From positions 3,618 through 67,617 of the forward strand of contig JAFGXV010000035.1 of the NCBI GenBank assembly GCA_016936455.1: a stretch of DNA of 64,000 nt, written 5' to 3'. How positions within the stretch are numbered: the stretch's first letter is position 1; every line of letters starts with the position of its first letter. The position numbers and the translations under genes are program-made. Origin of the DNA: Desulfuromonadaceae bacterium. GTDB taxonomy: Bacteria; Desulfobacterota; Desulfuromonadia; Desulfuromonadales; Desulfuromonadaceae. Below the pieces are notes generated by a model, which worked only from the letters and a program-made list of their open reading frames with translations, ran no database searches and was not told where the DNA came from. This document shows positions 20,836 to 30,944 of the stretch, piece after piece.

Positions 20836-22635
20836 ATGTTTTCTCCCGAATTCGGCGCCCTCGGTCTTCAATCCGAACTGCTGGCCGCTTTGTATGAACT
20901 TGACTACCACCATCCCTCGCCGATCCAGCAACAGAGCATTCCGCTGCTGCTGGAAGGACGCAATCTGCTGGGAACCGCCCAGACCGGAACCGGGAAAACC
21001 GCGGCCTACGCCCTGCCCTTGCTGCAACGCCTGACACCGGCGCAACCGACGCCCCAGGTCCTGGTCCTCACGCCGACGCGCGAACTGGCCATTCAGGTCG
21101 CCCAGGCGATCGAAAGCTTTGCCCGCCACCTGAAACGCGTCCGCATTCTCGCCGTCTACGGTGGCAGTTCCTACGGCCCACAGTTGAAAGGACTGACCTC
21201 CGGTGTCGATATCGTTGTCGGCACTCCCGGGCGTCTCATCGACCATCTGGAACGCGGCACACTGAAGTTAGGCCAGCTGCAGGCTCTGGTTCTTGACGAA
21301 GCGGACGAGATGCTGCGCATGGGCTTTATCGAGGACGTCGAGCGCCTGCTCGCCGCCGCACCGGAAAGCTGCCAGCGGGTGCTGTTCTCGGCCACCATGC
21401 CGCCGGCGATCCGCCGCGTGGCCGGAACCTATCTTAACGATGCGGAGCAGGTGCAGATTGCCAGCCCCACCACCACCCTGGACCAGATCGAACAGCGCTA
21501 CCTGCTGCTCTACGGCCGCCAGAAGACCGAAGCCCTGTCTCGACTGCTGGAAACGGAACCCATTGATGGCGCCATGGTCTTCGTGCGCACCAAGGAAGCC
21601 ACCAGCGAAGTGGCCAGCCAGCTCCGCGCGAACGGGTTCAAGGCCGCAGCCCTCAACGGCGATCTCAGCCAGGCCCAGCGCGAGGAATGCGTGGCCCAGC
21701 TGCGCCAGGGCCAGATCGATATCGTCGTCGCCACCGATGTCGCCGCGCGCGGGCTGGACGTCGAGCGCATCAGCCATGTCTTCAACTACGATATTCCCTT
21801 TGATACCGAGGCCTACATCCACCGCATCGGCCGTACCGGTCGCGCCGGTCGCAGCGGACGCGCCATTCTGTTCGTCACGCCACAGGAACGCCGGCTGCTG
21901 CGCGGCATCGAGCAGGTGACTCGCCAGACCATCGCCCTGCAGACGCTTCCGGACGCGCAACAGATCAGTGAACAGCGTGTTGCCACCTTCTCCCGTCGTC
22001 TGCAGGAACTGCTCGGAACGGTACCGGCAATGGAAAAGGAACGTCTGCAGTCGCTGGTGGAAAATTTCTGCCAGCAGCATCAGATCGGGCTCGGGGAACT
22101 GAGCGCCGCTCTCGCCTGGGCCATGCAGCGCGAAAAGCCGCTGTTTGCCGCACACGACAAGCTGGTGCTGCCGGCAACAGAATCCGAACGCGCCAAGCGC
22201 ACCCGGCCCGAGCGAAAAGCTCCTGAGGAGCCCGCCGGGCCCATGGTCAGCTACCGCCTGTCACTGGGACGCCAGCACAAGATCTCGCCCAAAGACATCG
22301 TCGGGGCCCTGGCCAATGAAGGGCAATTGCCGTTCGCGGCCATCGGCCGCATCCGCATCCATGAGCAGTTCTGCGAAATCGAACTGGCCGCCAGCGTCTC
22401 ACCGACCCAGGTCCGCCAGCTGAAGAAAATCAGAATCCGCCAGCATGCCATCGAACTGGAGCCCCTGCGCCAGGAACGGCGGGGGAAAGCAGCCCCGCAC
22501 AAGACCGCCTCACGGCCTGTCGGGAAAAACGCCACACCGGGCAAGCCTCCTCGAGGATCAAAGGGAGAGAAGGGCGCCAGCGGAAAAAAAATGCCAGCAA
22601 AACCACGCCCTGACGGTGGCAAAAAAAGCCACTAA
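20836..22635 (+). CDS. deaD: DEAD-box RNA helicase DeaD/CsdA
   Basis: AQTGTGKT, PTRELA, DEAD, SAT, HRIGRTGRAG, DbpA-type RNA-binding C-domain and basic tail. Confidence 0.93.
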   Translation: MFSPEFGALGLQSELLAALYELDYHHPSPIQQQSIPLLLEGRNLLGTAQTGTGKTAAYALPLLQRLTPAQPTPQVLVLTPTRELAIQVAQAIESFARHLKRVRILAVYGGSSYGPQLKGLTSGVDIVVGTPGRLIDHLERGTLKLGQLQALVLDEADEMLRMGFIEDVERLLAAAPESCQRVLFSATMPPAIRRVAGTYLNDAEQVQIASPTTTLDQIEQRYLLLYGRQKTEALSRLLETEPIDGAMVFVRTKEATSEVASQLRANGFKAAALNGDLSQAQREECVAQLRQGQIDIVVATDVAARGLDVERISHVFNYDIPFDTEAYIHRIGRTGRAGRSGRAILFVTPQERRLLRGIEQVTRQTIALQTLPDAQQISEQRVATFSRRLQELLGTVPAMEKERLQSLVENFCQQHQIGLGELSAALAWAMQREKPLFAAHDKLVLPATESERAKRTRPERKAPEEPAGPMVSYRLSLGRQHKISPKDIVGALANEGQLPFAAIGRIRIHEQFCEIELAASVSPTQVRQLKKIRIRQHAIELEPLRQERRGKAAPHKTASRPVGKNATPGKPPRGSKGEKGASGKKMPAKPRPDGGKKSH

Positions 22636-25127
22636 TTGGCGGAGGGCGCCACGGTAGCAGCGTTGCAGGGCAGGGCATCAAAGGGCGCGGGCTGATGGAA
22701 GTGGTAGCCCTGGGAAAAATCGATCCCGATCTGTTTCACGGTTTCATAGACATCGCGGCTGGAAACAAACTCGGCGATGGTCTGCATGTTGAGATCCTTC
22801 GCCAGGCTGTGGATATGCCGGACCAGAATCTGGGCATGCCGGTCATGGACGATGTTCTGAATCAAGCTGCTGTCGATTTTAAGAAAATCGATGTTGAGAT
22901 TGAGCAAATGCTCGAAATTGGAATAGCCGGAGCCAAAATCATCGATGGCAATCCGGCACCCCAGGGCCTTGAACTCCTCGATAAAAGACGACACCTTATC
23001 GTAGTTTTCAATACCCTCACTCTCGAGAATTTCAAAAATGAGCCGTTCGCCCATGCCTGACCGGGCAATGGTCTGACGCAGGGTAGCGATCACCTGCTCA
23101 TTGAGCATGTCTTCCCGCGACAGGTTGATGCTCAACGGCAGGGACAGGTCCTGGAAAAAGCCGACCGCCTTCTCCACCATCATCACCGTCAATTCCGGGT
23201 AGAGGCGAGTTTTTTTGGCAATATTCAAAAACTGGCCCGGCATCGCCAGTTTGCCATCCGCCGTTTTCAGCCGCATCAGGGTCTCATATTTGACGATCTG
23301 ACCGCTGCGGTTGTCGACAATGCCCTGAAAATAGGGCACGATACGGCCGTCGGCGATGGCTTCACGCACCACATTGTACCAGAGCATGTTCTGCTGGTGC
23401 TGCTCAACCAGCAGCAGGCTGGGATCGAAATGCCCCACCTTCTGCTTGTCTTCGCGGGCTCGCTTGAGCGCCAGTTCCGCCTTCTCGACCACCAGCTCAT
23501 TTGAAGAGGCATAGCCAGCCGTAATCAGAGGTGAAACAAGAATGCCTTCACACTGATAGGTGTTGTTTTCCAGATCGGTCACCAGCTGCTCGATAAAGGA
23601 AGCCAGGGGCTTTGGATGTCCAGGCCGCACCAGCAGAGCAAAGGAATCACCCCCAAGGCTGTACAGCACCAGACCCTGATGTCCAGCAATCAGCTGCTGC
23701 AAGGCCGTGGCAAAGGTCCGAATCAGGGCATCACCCACCCGGAAACCATAGACTTCGTTCACCTCTTTGAAATCATTGATATTGAGCACAATGACCTGGG
23801 ATTCGTCGTAATGGGTCAACGTCTCCAGCAGGGCCGAACGATTGGGCAGGCGGGTGAGCTGTTCGGTGGAGAGAAACTGCCTCAGCTGCCGCTCGCGACG
23901 GAAGGCATGACAGGCGAATCCGATATCCCCGGCCAGCTCCTCCAACATTTCCACTTCGCGTGGGACAAAGCCCTCGGCGTTGTCCGTGAACAGCACCAGC
24001 ACACCAAAGGGCGTACTGTAGTCATCCTTGCGCAGCGGCAGCGCCATCTCAGCCTTGAAGCCGGCGGCAGTGGCACGCGGACGCCAGCGCTTGAAACTTT
24101 CCTCCCGTTCAAAATCATTCAGCACGATGCTGCGGCCCTGAAGAATACTCTGGGCGGCCGGCCCCTGCGAGGTCGGATCGGAGGCTTCAAGGCTCAAACC
24201 GAAGCCATCCCCCAGGAAATCGGTGGGATCCTCGGAATGGACGACCACCTCAATGCGCGCCTGTTTTACCAGGCCAATCCAGGCGAGTCGATAATCGCCA
24301 TGCGCAGCCAGCCGGTCGCAGCTTTTCTGCAGCAGTTCCTCGTCATCGTGGCAAACCACCAGCAGTTTGTTGATATCCGCCACCGTCTGCAGGATCTGCT
24401 CCAGATGGCATTCGCTGGCCAGTGTCCGCTGCAGCTGTTCTTTCTGCTGGCGCAACATTGCAAAGCTCTGCCGCACCCGGGCAGAGAGAAAAGTGAAATC
24501 CGTGATGAAATAGCTACGCTCCACCCCCTGGCCCGTCGTGACATAATGGAGGACATCATCCAGAGGCGTTATCAGAAAACGGTAGAAATACAGCAGCGCC
24601 AGGCCAAGAATGACCGCTGTCACCAGCAGCACACGCAGAGTCGTATTGACCGCATGAGCCCAGACACGGCCATGAACATAATGCGCATCAAGGGTCAACA
24701 GCAGATAAGCCGTACGCGACTGCCCGTTATGGTAGTAATTGATTGGAAATTTGAATCGGGTCGTACCGGAGAAAACCGCTTCGGCCAACGGCCCCTGAAC
24801 AAAATAGAATTCGTCCTCAATCAGCTTTCCCTCCAGGGAGCGGTTGGAGGATTGACTGTAGTGACGGCCATCAAAAGACACCGACAGGCACGCAATAAAC
24901 GGACGCGTAGCGATGCCCTTATCCAGGACTTTCTGAATCGGTGCCATCTGCGCCTGGCTCAGATAGCCGGCCAAGGCATGATCGGACTGCAACAGCGCAC
25001 TGCTGCTCCAGTCGCTGATAAAGCTGAAGACAATCTGGCGCGTGCCATAATAGATCGAGTAGTTGGCGACGGCGGTCACGAACAGACTGATCAGAAACAG
25101 GCTGATGAGAAAAGTCCGCAGTCTCAT
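22632..25127 (-). CDS. Membrane-anchored GAF-GGDEF(degenerate)-EAL protein, likely c-di-GMP phosphodiesterase
   Basis: Two TM segments around a periplasmic domain, GAF, GGDSF instead of GGDEF, ETL, DDFGSGYS, IAEFV, QGY. Confidence 0.88.
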   Translation of the reverse strand: MRLRTFLISLFLISLFVTAVANYSIYYGTRQIVFSFISDWSSSALLQSDHALAGYLSQAQMAPIQKVLDKGIATRPFIACLSVSFDGRHYSQSSNRSLEGKLIEDEFYFVQGPLAEAVFSGTTRFKFPINYYHNGQSRTAYLLLTLDAHYVHGRVWAHAVNTTLRVLLVTAVILGLALLYFYRFLITPLDDVLHYVTTGQGVERSYFITDFTFLSARVRQSFAMLRQQKEQLQRTLASECHLEQILQTVADINKLLVVCHDDEELLQKSCDRLAAHGDYRLAWIGLVKQARIEVVVHSEDPTDFLGDGFGLSLEASDPTSQGPAAQSILQGRSIVLNDFEREESFKRWRPRATAAGFKAEMALPLRKDDYSTPFGVLVLFTDNAEGFVPREVEMLEELAGDIGFACHAFRRERQLRQFLSTEQLTRLPNRSALLETLTHYDESQVIVLNINDFKEVNEVYGFRVGDALIRTFATALQQLIAGHQGLVLYSLGGDSFALLVRPGHPKPLASFIEQLVTDLENNTYQCEGILVSPLITAGYASSNELVVEKAELALKRAREDKQKVGHFDPSLLLVEQHQQNMLWYNVVREAIADGRIVPYFQGIVDNRSGQIVKYETLMRLKTADGKLAMPGQFLNIAKKTRLYPELTVMMVEKAVGFFQDLSLPLSINLSREDMLNEQVIATLRQTIARSGMGERLIFEILESEGIENYDKVSSFIEEFKALGCRIAIDDFGSGYSNFEHLLNLNIDFLKIDSSLIQNIVHDRHAQILVRHIHSLAKDLNMQTIAEFVSSRDVYETVKQIGIDFSQGYHFHQPAPFDALPCNAATVAPSAN

Positions 25128-26032
25128 TGCTCAATGGCACCCGTCGGAATCTGCTGCTGGTTCAGGTACGATAACACCGGAGGCCAGGACTGCGGGGCCA
25201 GCCATTCGATGCCGCTCAAGCTCCGCTCAAAATCGGCAAAGGTCTGGCCCTCGAGATAGCCGCGCACCGTTTCGTAATACTCCTGCGGATTCTGTTGCAG
25301 CTGGGCGACGGCGCGGTGGAAAACGTCTTTCAACGTGGCCACGGTCTGCGGGTATTTTTCAGCTCGCGGCCCGATCCACAGCGCATCAACCACCATCAAT
25401 TCGTTCAGCTCCCGGGTTGAAGCCAACCGCTGAAAGCCCATTCTTCCCAGCCGAGTCGCGTACGGCTCATAGCTGATCAACAGGCTGGGTTGCGCACAAT
25501 CCGACAGACTGGTCATGCTTTCCGGGTCGGAGGGAGAAAACACCCGTGGGATCTCCGACAGACCGTACTGACGAACAAAGGCGTCCAGGATGTCCTGATT
25601 GACACTCGTCGGCTCCAGATACACGGTAAGCTGTGTCGCAGCGCGCAGCTCGGCGAGAGTGCGGTTGGCCAGAATCACGTCCGCGCCGCAGGAGCGGTCG
25701 ATCAGCAGCACGGGCTTGACCGTCGCTGGAGCACCGAGGGCAAAATACTCATACTGGGTGGCCAGAAAGCCGTCCGACAGATTCTGACGATACAGCTTGA
25801 GGCTTTCTTCCAGCCCGACCACCCACAGCAGCTTGACCTCGCTTGGCTTCAGCCAGCCTTTCTGCTGGGCATAGGCAAAGGGCGTAAAACCGAGCCAGGG
25901 ATTGATCGAAATGCGCAGCGGATCCTGAACCTGGTTCTGGCATCCGCCCAGCAACAACAGCAGTAACAGGGCGATAACGCCACCGCGCACGCAGCCATCA
26001 CACCAGCGGCCATTCTCACGTTCACCCGTCAT
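25124..26032 (-). CDS. SsuA/NMT1-like solute-binding lipoprotein
   Basis: Lipobox LLLLLGGC, INPWLGF, DRSCGAD, SYEPY; 4-bp overlap with the EAL gene; no permease or ATPase nearby. Confidence 0.75.
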   Translation of the reverse strand: MTGERENGRWCDGCVRGGVIALLLLLLLGGCQNQVQDPLRISINPWLGFTPFAYAQQKGWLKPSEVKLLWVVGLEESLKLYRQNLSDGFLATQYEYFALGAPATVKPVLLIDRSCGADVILANRTLAELRAATQLTVYLEPTSVNQDILDAFVRQYGLSEIPRVFSPSDPESMTSLSDCAQPSLLISYEPYATRLGRMGFQRLASTRELNELMVVDALWIGPRAEKYPQTVATLKDVFHRAVAQLQQNPQEYYETVRGYLEGQTFADFERSLSGIEWLAPQSWPPVLSYLNQQQIPTGAIEQ

Positions 26033-26113
26033 GAAATAACACTCCCCGGCAGAAAGGTTATCCGTGCGCACATTCCGCAAGCCCCCGGCGCACTGCCACG
26101 GGCTATGTCTAAA

Positions 26114-26141
26114 ACCATACCCCTCCCAACAGGGGTGTCAA
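26114..26141 (-). promoter_or_regulatory. sigma70-type promoter for the binding protein-EAL operon
   Basis: Minus strand TTGACA-N16-TATGGT. Confidence 0.55.
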
Positions 26142-26202
26142 CCTGCGGTGTCCGTGATTTTTCCCCGAAAAAATCCCATGCGGTGAAAGCCAGGGAGCAA
26201 AC

Positions 26203-26244
26203 AAAAAGCAGGCGGCATCCACCTGGGGAAGCCGCCTGCTTTTT
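26203..26244. terminator. Bidirectional-type terminator
   Basis: AAAAAGCAGGCGGC...GCCGCCTGCTTTTT inverted repeat. Confidence 0.75.
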
Positions 26245-26266
26245 GTTTCGTTTTTCTCAGAATGTG

Positions 26267-27049
26267 TTACTCGACCGTCACGCTGGCGTTCTGGATGATC
26301 AGGTCATATTTGTAGCCATAGCCAAAGTCCTGATTGAGATCGAGAATCCCTTTAACCACCACCGTATCGCCCTGCTGCACCTCGACGGAGCTGGTGATCG
26401 TCAGGTCGTGGCTGGCCTCGTCACCGGTACCATCCTGCACATGCAGCCAGTTGGTTTTCATGATGCGCGGACTGAATTTAACCACTTTGCCGCGCAGACT
26501 GATCTCCTTGTTCGCCAGAGCGTCCTTCTGGGCGTAGATCTCGGCAACGGTATAACCGCCCACGGGTTTCTCCAGGCCGGAAAAATCGATTTCGACCGTC
26601 GGTGCCGCCGGACGGCCATGGGGCGAAGCCATGCCGCCCATGCCTCCGGCCGGGGTCTCGCTCAGGCTCATGTCGCAGCCGGCCACGGCCACGCCAGAAG
26701 CAAAATACACCAGATCAAAATCACGATTCAGGGTTTTGCTGTGGTAATTGGGCATCGGCATGGCATCGGCCACGATGACCGGATCACCCACCTTGACGCT
26801 GAACTCCGGTGCCGCAACCCACACCGTCTTGTCGCCGGTCTGGATGCTGACATAGGTATAACCGGCCGTGTTCATGGTCTCAACGACGGTGCCGGACAGC
26901 TGCCCGGCATCAGCGGGCGGTTGAGCGGCAGCGGCTTCGACGGGAGGCGCCGCTTCGGGAGCGGCAGTCGTCGCTTTTTCCTCTTTGCAGGCGCCGAGTC
27001 CGAGGGCAAGCAGGGCAATTAAAAACCAGCTGGTTGTTGTTCTCTTCAT
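26267..27049 (-). CDS. Lipoprotein with two OB-fold domains (NrfJ-related)
   Basis: Lipobox LGLGAC, GTVVETMNTAGYTY, SKTLNRDFD, NWLHVQDGTG, DFGYGYKY. Confidence 0.7.
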   Translation of the reverse strand: MKRTTTSWFLIALLALGLGACKEEKATTAAPEAAPPVEAAAAQPPADAGQLSGTVVETMNTAGYTYVSIQTGDKTVWVAAPEFSVKVGDPVIVADAMPMPNYHSKTLNRDFDLVYFASGVAVAGCDMSLSETPAGGMGGMASPHGRPAAPTVEIDFSGLEKPVGGYTVAEIYAQKDALANKEISLRGKVVKFSPRIMKTNWLHVQDGTGDEASHDLTITSSVEVQQGDTVVVKGILDLNQDFGYGYKYDLIIQNASVTVE

Positions 27050-27190
27050 GGATTTATTTCCTCTCTTATTTTGCTTCAGGTTAAACAAGCCCGGCGATGA
27101 TAGCAGATTGCCGAGTGCGTTTGTCAAGTTTTTGCGCACCACAGCGGACGCGCTCCCGTCCTGTCTGCAATGCGAGCAAAGAGGGGCTGA

Positions 27191-27667
27191 TCAGCACCGC
27201 AGGGTCGCCGCCAGACGGCCGGGAATCAGCAGCAGATCCAGGGCGTCGCAGCAGCAGTGACAGACCAGGTCTGCTTCGCGCAGGGCCGCCATGGCCAATC
27301 CCTCCTGCTGCAGCAGGGCAATCCCCAGTGCCGCATCACGCAGCAGCAGGGCATCGTTACGACCATTGCCAAAGGCGGCACAGCGGCCCGCCCCGAGTTG
27401 ATGCAGATAGCGCTGCTTGGCCAGCGCCTGATCGGCGGGCGGAATAATGGCCAGCGCACAGGGCAGGTCGGCGATCTGCCGAGCTACACTGCCATGGGTG
27501 TCCGCCGTCACCACATGCAGGGCAAGCCGGTCGGCCAGACGCTGCAAACGTTCGGCCACACCCGCCAACAACTGGCCGTCACGCGCCAGGGTGCCATTAT
27601 AGTCGAGAACCAGATGCTCAAGCTTCAGGGTTTCTGCTCCGGGGACCGCCAGTTCAAGCATGAGCAC
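27191..27667 (-). CDS. Soluble P-type ATPase-like HAD hydrolase
   Basis: DYNGTLA, TADTHG, GNGRND. Confidence 0.85.
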   Translation of the reverse strand: MLMLELAVPGAETLKLEHLVLDYNGTLARDGQLLAGVAERLQRLADRLALHVVTADTHGSVARQIADLPCALAIIPPADQALAKQRYLHQLGAGRCAAFGNGRNDALLLRDAALGIALLQQEGLAMAALREADLVCHCCCDALDLLLIPGRLAATLRC

Positions 27668-28055
27668 TGTCCGCCGCAGCCGTTACCAAGGGCAGAACCT
27701 GCTCAACGCGAAACAGCACCAGGAACCGATCCTCCTTCGTCGACAGGCTTTTCCCGCGCTGCGCAAGCAGTTCCGCCAACAGCGGACTGTTGCATTCCTC
27801 CCTCACCTTGCGCAGGTGCAGACGCAGCCCGCGGTAACCTTCGCCCTGCTCCAGAAACAGATAGGCAGCCCAATCATTGCTCTGCAGATTGTGATGGCTG
27901 AGACGATCCAGCATGATCAGCCCGATCAGGCCATCTTCAAAAAAACGCGGGCGCGCGTAAAGAGCCGCATTCACCCGGCCGTCGGCATCCGCCGTCGACA
28001 GGATACCCGTTCCCTGACTTTGCTCGAAATAGCTCTGCAATTGCGCGGTATCCAT
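27654..28055 (-). CDS. Pyridoxamine 5'-phosphate oxidase-like FMN-binding protein
   Basis: LSTADADGRVNAALYARP, HHNLQSN, GLRLHL. Confidence 0.8.
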   Translation of the reverse strand: MDTAQLQSYFEQSQGTGILSTADADGRVNAALYARPRFFEDGLIGLIMLDRLSHHNLQSNDWAAYLFLEQGEGYRGLRLHLRKVREECNSPLLAELLAQRGKSLSTKEDRFLVLFRVEQVLPLVTAAADSAHA

Positions 28056-28117
28056 AACAGTTCCTTTTTGCTATTTTGGTGCGGTTAAAAAATAGAAAAA
28101 CCATACAGGAGAAGCCG

Positions 28118-28873
28118 GTGAAGTTAAACGTCCTTTTATGCCTTTTGTGGCTGTGCGCATGGACAGTCTGCGCCGAAGATTTTCCACATCAGGTTGAAGC
28201 CCCCCTGCAGCGGTCGCTCGCGCTCCAGCAGCAGACCCAGCAGCAGGCCGACAGCTGGGAACAGGAAAAACAGCAGCTGTTGCGGGAATATGAGCAACTC
28301 CAGCAGCAGCAGCGCCAGCTGGAACAACGGCGCGACAGCCTGCTGGGACAGACGCGCGAATGCACGGCGCAGATTGCCGAAGCCGAGCGGGCGATCCGCG
28401 AAGCCAAACGCCTGACCAGCGAGAGTCAGCCCTTTCTCGAACAGAGTGTGGTGCGGCTGCGCCAGGCCGTGGCCGAGGACCTGCCGTTTCTGACCCCGGA
28501 GCGCACGGAGCGGCTGGAACGGCTGCAACAGGCCATCGACGATCCGCAACTGGCGGCCGGGGAAAAGTATCGCCGCCTGATGGAGAGTCTCCAGATCGAG
28601 GCCGACTACGGCCGCAGCGTGGAAGTCAGCCAGCAGAACCTGTCGCTGGCGGGACAGAACGCCCTGATGAACGTACTGCGTGTCGGCCGGCTGGCGCTGT
28701 TCGCCCAGAGTCTCGACGGTCGGCGGGGCGCATTCTACGATGTCGCCCTGGCAAGATGGCAACCGCTGGATGAACGCTGGCAAAGCGAGCTGCAACGGGC
28801 TCTGGCCATGGGCAGCAAACAGCGGCCGGTGGATCTGACCACCCTGCCGCTGGGAAGGATGGCCAACCAATGA
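28118..28873 (+). CDS. DUF3450 family periplasmic protein (TonB2-system TtpB-like)
   Basis: Signal peptide, coiled coil, DLPF...ER..RL, EKYRRLME, EADYGR; AGGAG RBS before GTG. Confidence 0.82.
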   Translation: MKLNVLLCLLWLCAWTVCAEDFPHQVEAPLQRSLALQQQTQQQADSWEQEKQQLLREYEQLQQQQRQLEQRRDSLLGQTRECTAQIAEAERAIREAKRLTSESQPFLEQSVVRLRQAVAEDLPFLTPERTERLERLQQAIDDPQLAAGEKYRRLMESLQIEADYGRSVEVSQQNLSLAGQNALMNVLRVGRLALFAQSLDGRRGAFYDVALARWQPLDERWQSELQRALAMGSKQRPVDLTTLPLGRMANQ

Positions 28874-30342
28874 TCACACGGCGATCCACCACCCGACACA
28901 ACCGAAATTGGCGGCTGCCCGCGCTGCTGGCGCTGTGCGGTCTGTTCTTTACCACCCCCCTCTGGGCCGAGGACGCACGTCTGAGCGTGCGTCAGCAGCA
29001 GGAACAGATCATTGCCCGCGCCCGCGCCGACGAGCAGCGCGCCCAGCAACAGGCCGCCGCGCAACGCCAGCGTCTCAGCCAAGACCGGCAAACCCTGAAA
29101 CAACAGCTCAGCGAGCTGAAATCCAGCGTCAGCGCCCTGCAACAACAGACCGCCACCCTGGAAAGGGAGTTGTCCGGGCTCAACGCCCGCCGCCAGCAGC
29201 TGGAACAACAGCGCCAGGCCAGCCACCAGCAGCTGCAGGAGTTACTCGGCTTTATCCGCATGAGCGCCCGCGACCTGGCGGCACGTATTGACAACAGCCC
29301 CTTGACCGCCCTGCAGCCGCAGCGCGATGCCGAAACCCTGTTGTTGCGCCAGCCCGAACGCTTCCCGGCCATTGAGGATCTGCAGCAGCTGCGCGATTTG
29401 CTGCTGGCGGAGATGAAACAATCCGGCGAGGTTCAGCACCGCCAGCTGACCCTGCTCAACCGTCAGGGCGAAGAGGAAACAGCGGAGATCGTCATGCTGG
29501 GCCCGTTCAGCAGCGCCTACCGCAGTTCGGACGAAGTGGGTTTTGCCCTCTACTCACCGGCCAGCCGCCGCCTGTTCGCGCTGTCGCAGCTACCGGACTG
29601 GGGCACCCGCCGCGCTATCGCCGCTTATCTTGATGGGGACAGTGCGGGCGTGCCCATTGATCTCGGCCTCGGCGCTTCCCTCCGCCAGCTCACTTTTCGT
29701 CGCAGCCTGAGTGAACAGCTCGGCGAAGGCGGCTTTATCGTCTGGCCGTTACTGCTGCTGGGCCTCGTCGCCCTGGTGCTGATCTGCGAGCGGATGTGGT
29801 ATCTCTACCGCCACCGTCAGGATGGCACCGCCCTGCTGGAGCATTTGCAGCCGCGACTGGAGCAGCAGGACTGGATCGGCTGCGAGCAGCTGTGCCGGGC
29901 CGATAACAAGCCCCTCAACCGGGTGCTGCTAGCCGGACTGGCGTTCCGCGACCAGCCGCGTGAACAGCTGGAAACGGGCCTGCAGGAGGCAATTCTCGGC
30001 GAGATCCCGGGGCTGGAGCGTTTCCTCTCCACCCTGGCGGTGCTGGCCGCCATCGCCCCGCTCCTCGGCCTGCTCGGCACGGTGACCGGCATGATCCATA
30101 CCTTCCAGATCATCACCTTCCACGGCACCGGCGACCCGCGCCTGATGTCGGCGGGTATCTCCGAAGCCCTGGTCACCACCATGCTCGGCCTGTCCATCGC
30201 CATTCCCATCATGCTGATGCACAGCCTGCTCAGCCGACGGGTGGAAAACCGCATTGCCGAACTGGAGGAAAAGGCCATCAGCTTTGTCAACCGACTGGCC
30301 AAGATCCGGCTGCACGCCAAAACGGAGGCTCCGCGGTCATGA
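28870..30342 (+). CDS. Long MotA/TolQ/ExbB protein (TtpC-like)
   Basis: Periplasmic coiled-coil N-terminus, then APLLGLLGTVTGMI and GISEALVTT. Confidence 0.88.
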   Translation: MITRRSTTRHNRNWRLPALLALCGLFFTTPLWAEDARLSVRQQQEQIIARARADEQRAQQQAAAQRQRLSQDRQTLKQQLSELKSSVSALQQQTATLERELSGLNARRQQLEQQRQASHQQLQELLGFIRMSARDLAARIDNSPLTALQPQRDAETLLLRQPERFPAIEDLQQLRDLLLAEMKQSGEVQHRQLTLLNRQGEEETAEIVMLGPFSSAYRSSDEVGFALYSPASRRLFALSQLPDWGTRRAIAAYLDGDSAGVPIDLGLGASLRQLTFRRSLSEQLGEGGFIVWPLLLLGLVALVLICERMWYLYRHRQDGTALLEHLQPRLEQQDWIGCEQLCRADNKPLNRVLLAGLAFRDQPREQLETGLQEAILGEIPGLERFLSTLAVLAAIAPLLGLLGTVTGMIHTFQIITFHGTGDPRLMSAGISEALVTTMLGLSIAIPIMLMHSLLSRRVENRIAELEEKAISFVNRLAKIRLHAKTEAPRS

Positions 30343-30944
30343 GTGACAGCTGGCTGGCCCTCCTGCGCTACCTGCACACCGGCGGCATTGTCATGCTCCC
30401 GCTGCTGCTGCTGTCGCTGTTGCTGTGGGGACTGGTCTTTCAGCGACTGCTGGCCCTGCGCGAGCTGTTCCGCAACGATCTTGGCCCCGCCGAAACCCTC
30501 AGCGGTCTGAGCGGCACGCAACCGCCCGCACCCTGCACCGGGCTGGCCGCGGTGCTGCTGCGCGAGTTTCTGCTCCGGCGCAGCGGCAACAACGCCCTCG
30601 ACCGCTGCATCCTTGACGAAGTCCGCCACGCGCTGAACCAGCGCCTGCAGCAGGGGCTTGCCGCCATCGGCGTGCTGGCGGCCGTCGCGCCGCTGCTCGG
30701 CCTGCTCGGCACGGTGCTGGGCATGATCAGTACCTTCGATAGCATCGCCCTGTTCGGCAACGGCAACGCGCGCGCCATGGCCGGCGGCATCTCCGAGGCA
30801 CTGATCACGACGCAGACCGGGCTGATCATCGCCATCGCCGGGCTGTACATGCGCAATTTCATCCAACGCCGCACCCAGTCGCTACAGCAGCGCCTTGAAA
30901 CGCTAGTCATCGAGTTCAAGCGCCAGCTGGAGAACAGCCCATGA
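30339..30944 (+). CDS. exbB: ExbB proton channel
   Basis: APLLGLLGTVLGMI, GGISEALITTQ. Confidence 0.88.
   Translation: MSDSWLALLRYLHTGGIVMLPLLLLSLLLWGLVFQRLLALRELFRNDLGPAETLSGLSGTQPPAPCTGLAAVLLREFLLRRSGNNALDRCILDEVRHALNQRLQQGLAAIGVLAAVAPLLGLLGTVLGMISTFDSIALFGNGNARAMAGGISEALITTQTGLIIAIAGLYMRNFIQRRTQSLQQRLETLVIEFKRQLENSP

Noticed and set aside
26080-26200. Possible c-di-GMP riboswitch before the binding protein-EAL operon
   Set aside because: No GEMM signature (GGCAAAC...GACGCAAA) found by eye
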